From NCBI GenBank assembly GCA_964533715.1, contig CAZHNI010000002.1, positions 46,496 to 110,495 on the forward strand: a stretch of 64,000 nt of DNA. Reading direction: 5' to 3'. Source of the DNA: an uncultured Gammaproteobacteria bacterium. GTDB lineage: Bacteria > Patescibacteriota > Patescibacteriia > Magasanikbacterales > GWA2-37-8. Of the stretch, positions 1-7,966 are shown in pieces. The translations under genes were made by a program, and so were the position numbers. Position 1 is the stretch's first letter, and every line of letters starts with the position of its first letter. The notes below the pieces were generated by a model that was not told the origin of the DNA, searched no databases, and saw only the letters and a program-made list of their open reading frames with translations.

Positions 1-163
1 ACAGGAAGGTCGCGATGACCAGAGAAAAATACTTTAAATCCTTAAAAAGTAAAATTGCTTTAAAAAATTTTATAAAAAATAATGCTAAAGTTGGTTAGAG
101 TCCCGACCTGTCGGGATTTACACCGAGGGGGTCGAGGGTTCGAATCCCTTGGCGTGCACGCCA
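1..163 (+). ncRNA. tRNA-like 3' domain ending in CCA (T-arm GGTTCGAATCC). Possibly the 3' portion of tmRNA (ssrA) or an atypical tRNA; the 5' partner strand is not found in the window.
   Basis: The canonical T-loop GGTTCGAATCC lies at 137-147 within a 5-7 bp T-stem (gaggg/ccctt), followed by a 7-nt strand and discriminator, and then CCA at 161-163. A D-loop-like AGTTGGTTAGAG is at 89-100. No standard 7-nt anticodon loop and no 5' acceptor strand could be folded. An intrinsic terminator follows immediately. Confidence 0.35.
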
Positions 164-167
164 TTTG

Positions 168-192
168 AAACAGAGTAAAACCTCTGTTTTTT
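168..192 (+). terminator. Rho-independent terminator (stem AAACAGAG / CTCTGTTT followed by a T-run)
   Basis: Perfect 8-bp inverted repeat with a 6-nt loop, followed by TTTTTT, directly after the tRNA-like CCA end. Confidence 0.6.
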
Positions 193-275
193 GTTGGGTA
201 AGTACATTACATTGACTGAAAAAATCAAGTCTGTTAGGATGGGCCTACACCAGCCATCCCGGCTAGGAGGTGCAC

Positions 276-1121
276 ATGTCGGCAAGAAGCTTCGTGCGAA
301 TGCTGAAAGCGCAGTGGGTGCTGCGGAAGTTCGTCTGCGTCGGGCTCGATCCCGATCCGAGCAAGATCCCCGGCTACACCGAGCAGGCGGGGACCATGGC
401 GGTCCGCGGGTTCCTCGAGGAGATCATCCTGAGCACCCACGACCTCGTGGGCGCCTACAAGCCGAACCTGGCGTTCTTCGAGCAGTTCGGCCCCGAGGGT
501 CTCCAGCTTCTGGTCGAGATCTGTCAGCACATCCGGTCGGTGTGCCCGCAGGTTCCCATCATCCTCGACGCCAAGCGCGGTGACATCGGGAACACCAACG
601 AGGGGTATGCCCGCTTCCTGTTCGATCGGTGCTGCGGCGACGCGGTCACCGTCCACCCGTACCTGGGGCAGGAGGCGCTCGCGCCGTTCCTCGCCCGCAA
701 GGACAAGGGCGTCTTTGTCCTCTGCCGGACCTCGAACCCAGGCGCGGGCGAGTTCCAGGATTTTCTCGGTCCGGACGGCACGCCGCTGTACCTGCGCGTC
801 GCCAGGAACGTGGCCACGAGCTGGAACGCGAACAACAACTGCGGCCTGGTCACCGGCGCCACCTATCCCATCGAGATCGCGGCGGTGCGCGAGGTAGCGC
901 CGAACCTGCCGCTCCTCATCCCGGGCGTCGGCAAGCAGGGCGGCGATCTGGAGTCGGCCGTGAAGGCGGCCCTGGCCGCCGACGGCGAGGGCAACTTCCT
1001 GGTCAACGCCTCGCGCGACATTCTGTACGCCTCGAAGGGCGACGACTACGCCCGGGCGGCACGGGCTGCCACGCTGCGGCTCCACGGCGAGATCATCCGG
1101 CACCTCGGGCTCACGGACTGA
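276..1121 (+). CDS. pyrF: Orotidine 5'-phosphate decarboxylase, type 2 (long, actinobacterial-like form)
   Basis: Motifs GLDPDP, KPNLAFFE, ILDAKRGDIGNT, VTVHPYLG, VFVLCRTSNP and LIPGVGKQGG line up with type-2 OMP decarboxylases. AGGAGG sits 5 nt upstream of the ATG at 276 (the listed ORF starts at an in-frame GTG at 270). The gene is markedly GC-rich compared with its flanks. Confidence 0.85.
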   Translation: MSARSFVRMLKAQWVLRKFVCVGLDPDPSKIPGYTEQAGTMAVRGFLEEIILSTHDLVGAYKPNLAFFEQFGPEGLQLLVEICQHIRSVCPQVPIILDAKRGDIGNTNEGYARFLFDRCCGDAVTVHPYLGQEALAPFLARKDKGVFVLCRTSNPGAGEFQDFLGPDGTPLYLRVARNVATSWNANNNCGLVTGATYPIEIAAVREVAPNLPLLIPGVGKQGGDLESAVKAALAADGEGNFLVNASRDILYASKGDDYARAARAATLRLHGEIIRHLGLTD

Positions 1122-1180
1122 TTCACCCCCGTTCTTCCCGCGGCGCGCGCCGTACCTACGAATTCGTCCCATCATCGATT

Positions 1181-1253
1181 CAGTGGTGGCGGGGCGATCG
1201 CAAGGTCCCCCGCCACTGTTATGTCTACAAAACAAAAGTGGGCATAACAGTGG
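1181..1253. repeat. Two overlapping GC-rich hairpins after pyrF: GTGGCGGGG...CCCCCGCCAC, and the 11-bp inverted repeat CCACTGTTATG...CATAACAGTGG
   Basis: Inverted repeats read directly from the sequence. The second one resembles the ACTGTYAT termini of the palindromic elements at 5207 and 22173. Confidence 0.35.
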
Positions 1254-1271
1254 GGATCTTGTGAAAATGAA

Positions 1272-1310
1272 ACCACCCCGATTTATTTCGGAGTGGTTTT
1301 TAATTTTTTT
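1272..1310. terminator. Bidirectional terminator-like hairpin (ACCACCCCGA / TCGGAGTGGT) with T-runs on the + side and an A-run on the other
   Basis: 10-bp stem with 1 mismatch and a 6-nt loop, followed by TTTTTAATTTTTTT. It lies between convergent genes (pyrF on + and the surface protein on -). Confidence 0.45.
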
Positions 1311-1365
1311 GGTGTGACGTCTTATAACCAAATAATGGTAAGGTGAAGATTTTTTTTGTGATTTC

Positions 1366-2937
1366 CTAAATTTTTATTAATCGTCTAATCAACCATGTCC
1401 CACCACCGATAATTACTACTCCTAGAGCAACCGCAATTGGTATTGTCGACGATCTGGACTGAGATATATTTTGTTTGAATATAACAGTGCTTGTAACGGT
1501 AGAAAACGGTTCCGTGCTGTTGCCGGCATAAGCGAGAAGTTTCAACAAATTCTCACCGTTCTCAAGCGTAAGTGTTTTTTTATATGTTCCATCTGTATTA
1601 ACAGCCAACTCAATTTTTTCACCGTTGAAGTTAAGAAATACCTGGGCATTAGGATTTGTGGACGTTCCGGAAATAACAAACTTATCGTTGGTGGTTTTAA
1701 CAGTCTGGCCAGAAGACAGGTTGCTAGTAAAAGAGGGTGCCATTGCAATGGTAATTTTCTCCCCTTCTTTCACATATTTTGTAATTGCGCTAGATTTAAC
1801 TGTAACGCTCTTTGCCCCCTCCTTTGTGAGAGCAACAGTATATTCATCCTTTTGGAGTGCACGACCATTTAAGGTAACCGGTGAATCGACAGTAAGTGTC
1901 TTGGCTGTATCGTAGAACGTGCAGTTAACGTCGGTTTTAAACAGTGCCCAGAATTTCCACTCAAACCAGACGTAGTAATAATCCAGGTGAGTCATGTTGT
2001 CGAGGTTTTTGAAGGTGTCGGCAGCAGTCTTGCTGGTCAAATTGGCCTGTCCTAAAAATGTAAAGTACATGAAGTTAGCGCGATCCAGGGAAAAATTTTT
2101 GACTCGGGCAGGATCGGTGCGTTTTAAATCCGTTGATTTTGAACCGGGAAAATAGTAATAGTTGTTGATCTGCACCTGGGTGATGGACGTAATAGCAGTT
2201 TGTTGGATAGCAACGACGGTGTTTTGTGTGTTTACTTGTTGAGGAGACTCTTTAATAACACTCGGAAACGCACATGAACCATTATCATGGGTGGCGTTTG
2301 GATCGTAATTAGTCGCGGCACGATCGGTGCATCCATACACTACGTTGGTGGTGGGGGTAATTACTGCTTTTGCAAACGTACAGGATCCATCGTCATTCGT
2401 CGCGGCGGCGTTATAATTGGTGGCGGTTCTATTGGTACAGCCATATACTACTGTGGGGCTCGTAACCGTTGTTGCTTTGGGGAGCACGCACGAGCCATCG
2501 TCTTGGGTTGCTTTTGGGTTGTAGTTAGAAGCGCGGTAATCGGTGCAACCTGTCACAACCGGATGGTTAATGGTAAAAATACCCGACAAATCTTCAACAC
2601 TTCCTTCACCTGTTTGACCGCCTATGAGGTCGATATAGAATTTAGTGTTAGCATTGTTGCTCATGTTAATTTTCCAAACGTATGATCCTGTGTTCGGTAT
2701 GTGAAATGCAATCCAGTCTAAGCAACTGGGGCAGGTTTTATACCCAATGGTAACAGTATCAATGTTTGGCGAAGAATCCCATTTTATAGTTACGGTATCC
2801 CCATCATTGTACACTTCACCGCCTGTGGGGTTAGTGAGTTTAACATATCCGGTCATGACTGCCTCACTACTCTCGGCACCTATGGTCGTAAACAGCACAA
2901 GACAGACGAAAAAGAGGAGAGTTTTAAAATAGCGCAT
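1366..2937 (-). CDS. Secreted, C-terminally membrane-anchored surface protein with three tandem ~37-aa Cys-containing repeats
   Basis: N-terminal signal peptide (MRYFKTLLFFVCLVLFTTIGA). Three repeats of the form VVxGCTDxxAxNYNxxATxDDGSC. C-terminal hydrophobic helix IPIAVALGVVIIGGGTWLI followed by RRLIKI. Confidence 0.7.
   Translation of the reverse strand: MRYFKTLLFFVCLVLFTTIGAESSEAVMTGYVKLTNPTGGEVYNDGDTVTIKWDSSPNIDTVTIGYKTCPSCLDWIAFHIPNTGSYVWKINMSNNANTKFYIDLIGGQTGEGSVEDLSGIFTINHPVVTGCTDYRASNYNPKATQDDGSCVLPKATTVTSPTVVYGCTNRTATNYNAAATNDDGSCTFAKAVITPTTNVVYGCTDRAATNYDPNATHDNGSCAFPSVIKESPQQVNTQNTVVAIQQTAITSITQVQINNYYYFPGSKSTDLKRTDPARVKNFSLDRANFMYFTFLGQANLTSKTAADTFKNLDNMTHLDYYYVWFEWKFWALFKTDVNCTFYDTAKTLTVDSPVTLNGRALQKDEYTVALTKEGAKSVTVKSSAITKYVKEGEKITIAMAPSFTSNLSSGQTVKTTNDKFVISGTSTNPNAQVFLNFNGEKIELAVNTDGTYKKTLTLENGENLLKLLAYAGNSTEPFSTVTSTVIFKQNISQSRSSTIPIAVALGVVIIGGGTWLIRRLIKI
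2263..2564 (-). repeat. Three tandem in-frame coding repeats (~111 bp each) inside the surface-protein gene
   Basis: Protein repeats at residues ~126-152, 163-189 and 199-225. The opposite-strand ORF 2287-2685 shows the same periodicity. Confidence 0.7.
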
Positions 2938-3036
2938 AGATTTGGTTACAAAATTGATATTTTAAAGATGTTGGGAACATACCACATATTGCTTGGCTTG
3001 GCAATAAATAAATAAGATTATTTTTATATAAATTGA

Positions 3037-3065
3037 TTGACTTATTGACGAAAAAAGAGTTTAAT
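3037..3065 (+). promoter_or_regulatory. Candidate sigma70-type promoter (TTGACT - 17 nt - TTTAAT) for the gene at 3097
   Basis: Hexamers and spacing read from the sequence, about 30 nt upstream of the ORF start in an AT-rich divergent intergenic region. Confidence 0.35.
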
Positions 3066-3096
3066 TTGTTTACTTATTAAGTAGCAATTTTAAACT

Positions 3097-4242
3097 ATGA
3101 CAGGATCAGGCAATAATAGGCATGGTGGTATTATAACAGAAGTTTTACAAAGGGAGACAGAAAGAACCCAACCCGACATGGCTCACAAAAAAATTGAGGA
3201 AGCAAAGAAACTTTTTATATCCATGGGTTTAGAGGTGAGCGGCGGTGGGTTTATTTCAAATAATATTTCGCCAAAAAAATTGGCAGAACTTCACGAGTGG
3301 CACGAATCGACGAGAGGGAAGGGAGGTATTGATATGCCAACAGAAGACTCTTTTTATGAAAAAGTTTATCTCGCCGTTTCTTTGTGGCCCCAAAGGGAAG
3401 ATACAAAAATAAACTATTTGTTAGGAAAGGGAGTTGGGGTGGAGGTTGCACTGAGGGGAACAGTTGTTGGAAGAGAAAAAAGGAAAATTGTTTTTCCTTA
3501 TCGGACACATTCCGACTTTGAATTGTACGGAGTTGACTATGAAAATGAAACATCTGAACAAACACCAAGTCTAGCTAAGCCGGTTTATACTCCAGGATTT
3601 AAGCAGGTATTTGGAGCCCAGGAGTATTATCCGCCAACCAAAACAAAAGGTCTTAAAGATATACCTCCTGGGCTACTGTATAAGACTGCCGAATCAGTAG
3701 ATTTAGGTGGAGTGCGAGTGCTTGTTCCAAAATTAGAATTACTATTTTTAGATAAATGGATGGCTCAAGAAACAACACCTAGAGCAGAAGGCAATGACGC
3801 TGAATTATTGGCCAGGCAATATAGTCTCGACAAGGATGAATTGCACGAATATTTGCAAAGATTTGTGGTTGAACCACGAATAAAATCAGTAGAGGCTGAC
3901 GGGAAAGTTTTATCAACCAGACATCTAAGCAATATAGAAAGATATCTGATAATCAAAATGAAAAGTATTGAAGAACCAACAAAAGAAAATATGGTTGCTT
4001 CTCTAAATACAGAAATAGCGCAATATTTATCTATTGATCCAAATGTAAGCATATCTGGGATTAGCGGAAAGTTGTGGATTCCTTTGTCGGCAGACCAAAT
4101 TGATGAGGGTGGTAAGTTAATTGATCAGTCTTATATAGATGAAGTAAATCGTAAAGTTGAAACTCAAACCAAAGTAAAAATAGAAAAAATCAATAATTTT
4201 CACACTGATCTAGATAAATTCTTGAGTCGTGTTGCTGATTGA
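3097..4242 (+). CDS. Hypothetical protein (381 aa; no recognisable domain; start could be the internal Met at 3178)
   Basis: Long ORF with native low-GC composition. No family-level motif recognised. Confidence 0.6.
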   Translation: MTGSGNNRHGGIITEVLQRETERTQPDMAHKKIEEAKKLFISMGLEVSGGGFISNNISPKKLAELHEWHESTRGKGGIDMPTEDSFYEKVYLAVSLWPQREDTKINYLLGKGVGVEVALRGTVVGREKRKIVFPYRTHSDFELYGVDYENETSEQTPSLAKPVYTPGFKQVFGAQEYYPPTKTKGLKDIPPGLLYKTAESVDLGGVRVLVPKLELLFLDKWMAQETTPRAEGNDAELLARQYSLDKDELHEYLQRFVVEPRIKSVEADGKVLSTRHLSNIERYLIIKMKSIEEPTKENMVASLNTEIAQYLSIDPNVSISGISGKLWIPLSADQIDEGGKLIDQSYIDEVNRKVETQTKVKIEKINNFHTDLDKFLSRVAD

Positions 4243-4450
4243 AGCTCATTTTATTTCTTTATACAACCCAGTGAGTTTGTTAAAAACTAATTCCGGAGTA
4301 CAAGTTACTAAAATCAACCCATCTTGATTTCATTAACTTTTAAAAAACAACCCTATCACTTTTATCACAATGTATTATGGTAAAAGTGACAGATCGGGTG
4401 GTTTTAATTCCCGAGCTATCATCGGGAGTTGATGCGGACGCCTCGGTGAC

Positions 4451-5059
4451 TTACTTGGGTGAGTGGACGGAGTGGTAGAGGGGGTGGCCGTAGACCGGAT
4501 AGCTGCCGGTCCCTTCGGCGGAGCAGGACGCGTAGCCGCCCCACTCGATGTAGAGGGCCGCGCCTGGGGGTGCCTCGTTCCAGTTCGTGCACACCACCTG
4601 GAAAGGAATCAGCTTGTCCTTTTCCAGGTGAAGCGGCGTGCTGCCTGGCATCCAGTAGCCAGAGTTGGGGCCGATTTGCTCGCCGATGGTGTCCCCCCCG
4701 CCGTAGCCAATTTCTCCGGTGGGGACTCCGTTCAGCCAGACCTCGATCCGGGGCACCCAGTTGCTGCGTTCATAGCCGAGCCACAGGGACACACCCTCAA
4801 GGTTGATCGGCTGGCAGTCGGCGCTGTCAGCGGCGTGCATGGCGCCGTTGATCAGCACCGCGACCGACTGAGACGCCGGCACCTCATCCGGCGGAGGGGT
4901 GGCCGGCTCAAAGACCGGGAAGCCCGGCACGATCATGTACTTGGCCGTCAGGGTGTACCCCGGGCGGGTTTCGGACAGCACCGGACCGCACTGTGGCTCC
5001 GGCCGATCGGCACCGCAACTAGCCGCGAGCAGCAGAGACAAAACAACCAGTTGGCGCAT
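4451..5059 (-). CDS. High-GC lipoprotein of unknown function
   Basis: Lipobox LLLAASCGA. RBS GAAAGGAAG 6 nt upstream of the ATG. GC-rich codon usage unlike the flanks. The antisense ORFs 4459-4806 and 4463-5110 are judged spurious. Confidence 0.7.
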   Translation of the reverse strand: MRQLVVLSLLLAASCGADRPEPQCGPVLSETRPGYTLTAKYMIVPGFPVFEPATPPPDEVPASQSVAVLINGAMHAADSADCQPINLEGVSLWLGYERSNWVPRIEVWLNGVPTGEIGYGGGDTIGEQIGPNSGYWMPGSTPLHLEKDKLIPFQVVCTNWNEAPPGAALYIEWGGYASCSAEGTGSYPVYGHPLYHSVHSPK

Positions 5060-5206
5060 CGGACACTTCCTTTCTTGTTTTTTAAGGAGCTACCCACTTC
5101 AGCCCCATAGAGCACGCTCTCCTTTGAGATGCTCAGGTGAGGCTTAAATGTTAGTATGTGATGTGTATCAAAGCATATTATTATAAGATGCGTCAATTGG
5201 CAAACC

Positions 5207-5375
5207 CCTTAAGCTTTGAATTACGAAACACCCATTTTGTCATCCTGAACCCCGCTCAAGCGGGGTGAAGGATCTCTGTCCGGTTGTTAACTTGGCCAAC
5301 GTTGGCCAATTAAGACAGAGATTCTTCGCTCTGCTCAGAATGACAGTTGAGTTTCGTAACTCAAAGCCCTTAAGG
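5207..5375. repeat. ~170-bp imperfect palindromic (MITE-like) element, copy A
   Basis: Outer inverted repeat CCTTAAGCTTTGAATTACGAAAC / GTTTCGTAACTCAAAGCCCTTAAGG. Inner termini TTGTCATCCTGA / TCAGAATGACAGTT. Internal hairpin CCCCGCTCAAGCGGGG. Central perfect palindrome TTGGCCAACGTTGGCCAA. Homologous to the element at 22173-22330. Confidence 0.55.
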
Positions 5376-5421
5376 GTCATAATAATAGCGTTTATCTAAA
5401 AAATATGCTAAAATATTACAC

Positions 5422-6618
5422 ATGTATAATCAGCCAGTTGCGCCAGAGAAAGTAGACCGCCCGGTGGTGCTCCACCAGGGCGTGTATAAACAAACCGCCA
5501 CTACCGCCGAGGCGGTGTTTATGATTACCGGCATGACCATTGGAGCCGGTATTTTGGGTATACCGTATGTTGTTGCCAAAGTGGGAATTTTAATTGGGCT
5601 CACGTATATAGTAATTCTTGGTCTTATCATGTTATTTTTAAATATCATGATAAGCGAAGTAGCGGGGCGGACCGGGGAGAATTTGCAGTTGCCAGGTTTA
5701 GCGGGCAAGTATTTAGGCCCGCGAGCTAAAGAAATTTTGTCTATTTCTACTGTGGTAAGTGCGGTGGGCGCGCTGCTTGCTTATATTATTGGTGAGGGCA
5801 AAGCTTTGAGCGCGCTTCTTGGAGGCAATTCTGATGTGTGGAGTGTTATTTTTTGGTCGGTAGGGAGTGGTCTTATATTAGCTGGCCTCCACCGCGTTAA
5901 AGTCGCAGAAAAAATTTTAAGTGCTTTGGTTATTGGCTGTATTACTTTTTTGTCGCTGTACTTATTACCACATATTTCGGTAAGTAATTTGACTCATTTT
6001 GACCCCAAAAATATTTTATTACCGTATGGCGTTATTTTATTTGCGCTCCACGGCACACCGGCTATCGCCGAAGCGCGGGCACTACTTAGTAATGATCGCC
6101 GCCGTTTTCGTAAAGCCGTTATTATTGGCACCTTAATTCCAATTGCGGTCTATATTCTATTTGCTCTTAGCGTGGTAGGGGCGAGTGGTCTTACTACTAC
6201 CGAAGTGGCCTCGGTCGGCCTCGGAGCCCGATTTGGTGGTTTTGTGTTGATTTTAGCCAATGTGTTTGCAGTGTTTGCTATGAGCACCGGTTTTATGGGG
6301 CTTGGTACGGCGCTGAAGGAAGTATTGGTGTGGGACCACAAACTGCCCAAATGGCTCGCCCAAAGCTTGGTCATTGGTATTCCTATTTTGTTATTTTTGG
6401 CGGGCTTTAATAATTTTGTTAATATTTTAGGTATTATCGGTGGCGTTTTTATAGGGCTTGAAGCAATTATAATGATTATGGTATATTGGCAGGCACGAAC
6501 CACCGGTCTATTTGCCCGTTCCCGGTCGGGCGCTCACCATATGTGGTTTCTGAGTGTGCCGCTTCTGGTGGTTTTTATGTTTATAACCATGCATAGTATT
6601 TTTAAATTATTAAATTAA
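5422..6618 (+). CDS. Amino-acid permease (about 11 TM helices; aromatic amino-acid / HAAAP-type transporter family-like)
   Basis: Polytopic membrane protein of 398 aa. The N-terminal GMTIGAGILGIPY motif is typical of Trp/Tyr-permease-like transporters. Confidence 0.55.
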   Translation: MYNQPVAPEKVDRPVVLHQGVYKQTATTAEAVFMITGMTIGAGILGIPYVVAKVGILIGLTYIVILGLIMLFLNIMISEVAGRTGENLQLPGLAGKYLGPRAKEILSISTVVSAVGALLAYIIGEGKALSALLGGNSDVWSVIFWSVGSGLILAGLHRVKVAEKILSALVIGCITFLSLYLLPHISVSNLTHFDPKNILLPYGVILFALHGTPAIAEARALLSNDRRRFRKAVIIGTLIPIAVYILFALSVVGASGLTTTEVASVGLGARFGGFVLILANVFAVFAMSTGFMGLGTALKEVLVWDHKLPKWLAQSLVIGIPILLFLAGFNNFVNILGIIGGVFIGLEAIIMIMVYWQARTTGLFARSRSGAHHMWFLSVPLLVVFMFITMHSIFKLLN

Positions 6619-6626
6619 AGTGGTGT

Positions 6627-6690
6627 TCGTCCCGATTTCGCTTCGGCGAAATCGAGGATCCTCGATTTTCCTCCACAGGAAAATCGGGAT
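6627..6690 (+). promoter_or_regulatory. Structured element in the metK 5' leader with mutually exclusive hairpins
   Basis: Three elements read directly: CGATTTCGC-TTCG-GCGAAATCG (9 bp, UUCG tetraloop), the palindrome GAGGATCCTC, and CGATTTTCC-tccacag-GGAAAATCG. An alternative long-range pairing CCCGATTT / AAATCGGG is also possible. GGTGTTCG is repeated at 6623 and 6703. Confidence 0.35.
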
Positions 6691-6798
6691 TGTTATTCAG
6701 TTGATGGTGTTCGTTGTTGGTTGGTTTACCATTTCGTGGTCGATCGAGCGGGTTACTTATCAACAACGTCCTTCTATCCCAAATTAAATATTCATATT

Positions 6799-7953
6799 AT
6801 GTCAAATTCATATTTATTTACTTCGGAGTCCGTTACGGAAGGTCACCCAGATAAAATTTGTGATCAAATTTCCGATGCGGTGCTCGACAGTCTTTTGGAT
6901 CAAGACCCCAATTCACATGTGGCAGTGGAATGTTTTACTACTACCGGGCTTGTAATTGTGGGTGGTGAGGTAACCACCAAAGGGTATGTGGATGTGCAAA
7001 AAATTACCCGTGCAGTTTTGGATGATATTGGGTATACCGACCCAGCGTATGGCATTGATGCTGAACACGCCGGTATTTTAGTTTCAATCCACGAACAGTC
7101 ACCTGATATTGCCCAGGGGGTAAACAGAACCAGTGTGGAAGATCAGGGCGCGGGCGACCAGGGGCTTATGTTTGGTTACGCCTGTAACGAAACTCCAGAA
7201 TTAATGCCACTCCCAATAACTTTGGCACATCGTTTGGCCGAGCAGCTGGCTAACGTGCGTAAAAGTGGCGAATTGCCATATTTACGTCCAGACGGCAAGA
7301 CACAAGTGGCGGTTGTGTATGAAAATAATAAACCGGTTAGACTTGAGAATGTGGTAGTGGCGGCGCAGCATCATGACACGGTAACGCTTGAACAAATTAG
7401 AAAAGATATTATTGAGCATGTTATAGAGCCAATATGCAGCCATTATATTGACGACAAAACCCAGTTTTTTATAAATATGACCGGAAAATTTGTGGTGGGT
7501 GGGCCGCAAGGCGATACTGGTTTAACTGGCCGTAAAATTATTGTGGATACCTATGGCGGCATGGGTCGGCACGGCGGTGGTTGTTTTTCTGGTAAAGATC
7601 CAAGTAAAGTGGATCGTTCTGGTGCCTATATGGCTCGCTATGTTGCCAAAAATATTGTGGCCGCCGGGTTGGCCGAGCGCTGTGAAGTACAAGTCTCTTA
7701 TGTAATTGGTCGCGCTGAGCCTACCAGTATTAACGTTAATTCTTTTGGCACATCAAAAGCGGGCGACGACAAGCTAATTGAGGCAGTTAAAAAAGTTTTT
7801 GATTTTCGTCCCGGTAAAATTATTGAAGCGTTGGATTTGCTTCGTCCCATATATCGAGCCACGGCGGCATATGGACATTTTGGTAGAGCGGAATTTCCGT
7901 GGGAAAAAATAGATAAAGTAGAAGCTCTTAAAGCACAGGTTGGAAACAAATAA
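6799..7953 (+). CDS. metK: S-adenosylmethionine synthetase
   Basis: Motifs [30 protein letters not shown] and [19 protein letters not shown]. The real start is the ATG at 6799 ([19 protein letters not shown]); the listed 5' extension from 6721 is non-coding leader. Confidence 0.92.
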   Translation: MSNSYLFTSESVTEGHPDKICDQISDAVLDSLLDQDPNSHVAVECFTTTGLVIVGGEVTTKGYVDVQKITRAVLDDIGYTDPAYGIDAEHAGILVSIHEQSPDIAQGVNRTSVEDQGAGDQGLMFGYACNETPELMPLPITLAHRLAEQLANVRKSGELPYLRPDGKTQVAVVYENNKPVRLENVVVAAQHHDTVTLEQIRKDIIEHVIEPICSHYIDDKTQFFINMTGKFVVGGPQGDTGLTGRKIIVDTYGGMGRHGGGCFSGKDPSKVDRSGAYMARYVAKNIVAAGLAERCEVQVSYVIGRAEPTSINVNSFGTSKAGDDKLIEAVKKVFDFRPGKIIEALDLLRPIYRATAAYGHFGRAEFPWEKIDKVEALKAQVGNK

Positions 7954-7966
7954 TAAAATAATAAAA

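Noticed and set aside
60-163. Attempt to fold a complete tRNA (including a class-II long-arm tRNA) ending at the CCA
   Set aside because: No 5' acceptor strand complementary to the 3' strand exists in the window. The only candidate anticodon stem (CCCGAC/GTCGGG) has a 4-6-nt loop. It is therefore reported only as a tRNA-like 3' domain or possible tmRNA end.
234-1331. 365-aa minus-strand ORF antisense to pyrF, plus other overlapping ORFs in 191-1264
   Set aside because: The high GC content suppresses stop codons in all frames. The translation is Arg/Ala/Gly/Pro-rich low-complexity without motifs, whereas the plus-strand frame gives a clean pyrF with an RBS.
4459-5110. Plus-strand ORFs (115 and 215 aa) overlapping the lipoprotein gene
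   Set aside because: Antisense to a gene with lipobox and RBS. Composition-driven open frames.
6721-6798. Upstream extension of metK ([26 protein letters not shown])
   Set aside because: Universal MetK N-termini begin close to the conserved GHPDK motif. The ATG at 6799 gives [19 protein letters not shown].
6619-6798. Calling the metK leader a known SAM-I/II/III riboswitch
   Set aside because: I could not find the conserved cores of those classes by eye. It is kept only as an unclassified structured leader.
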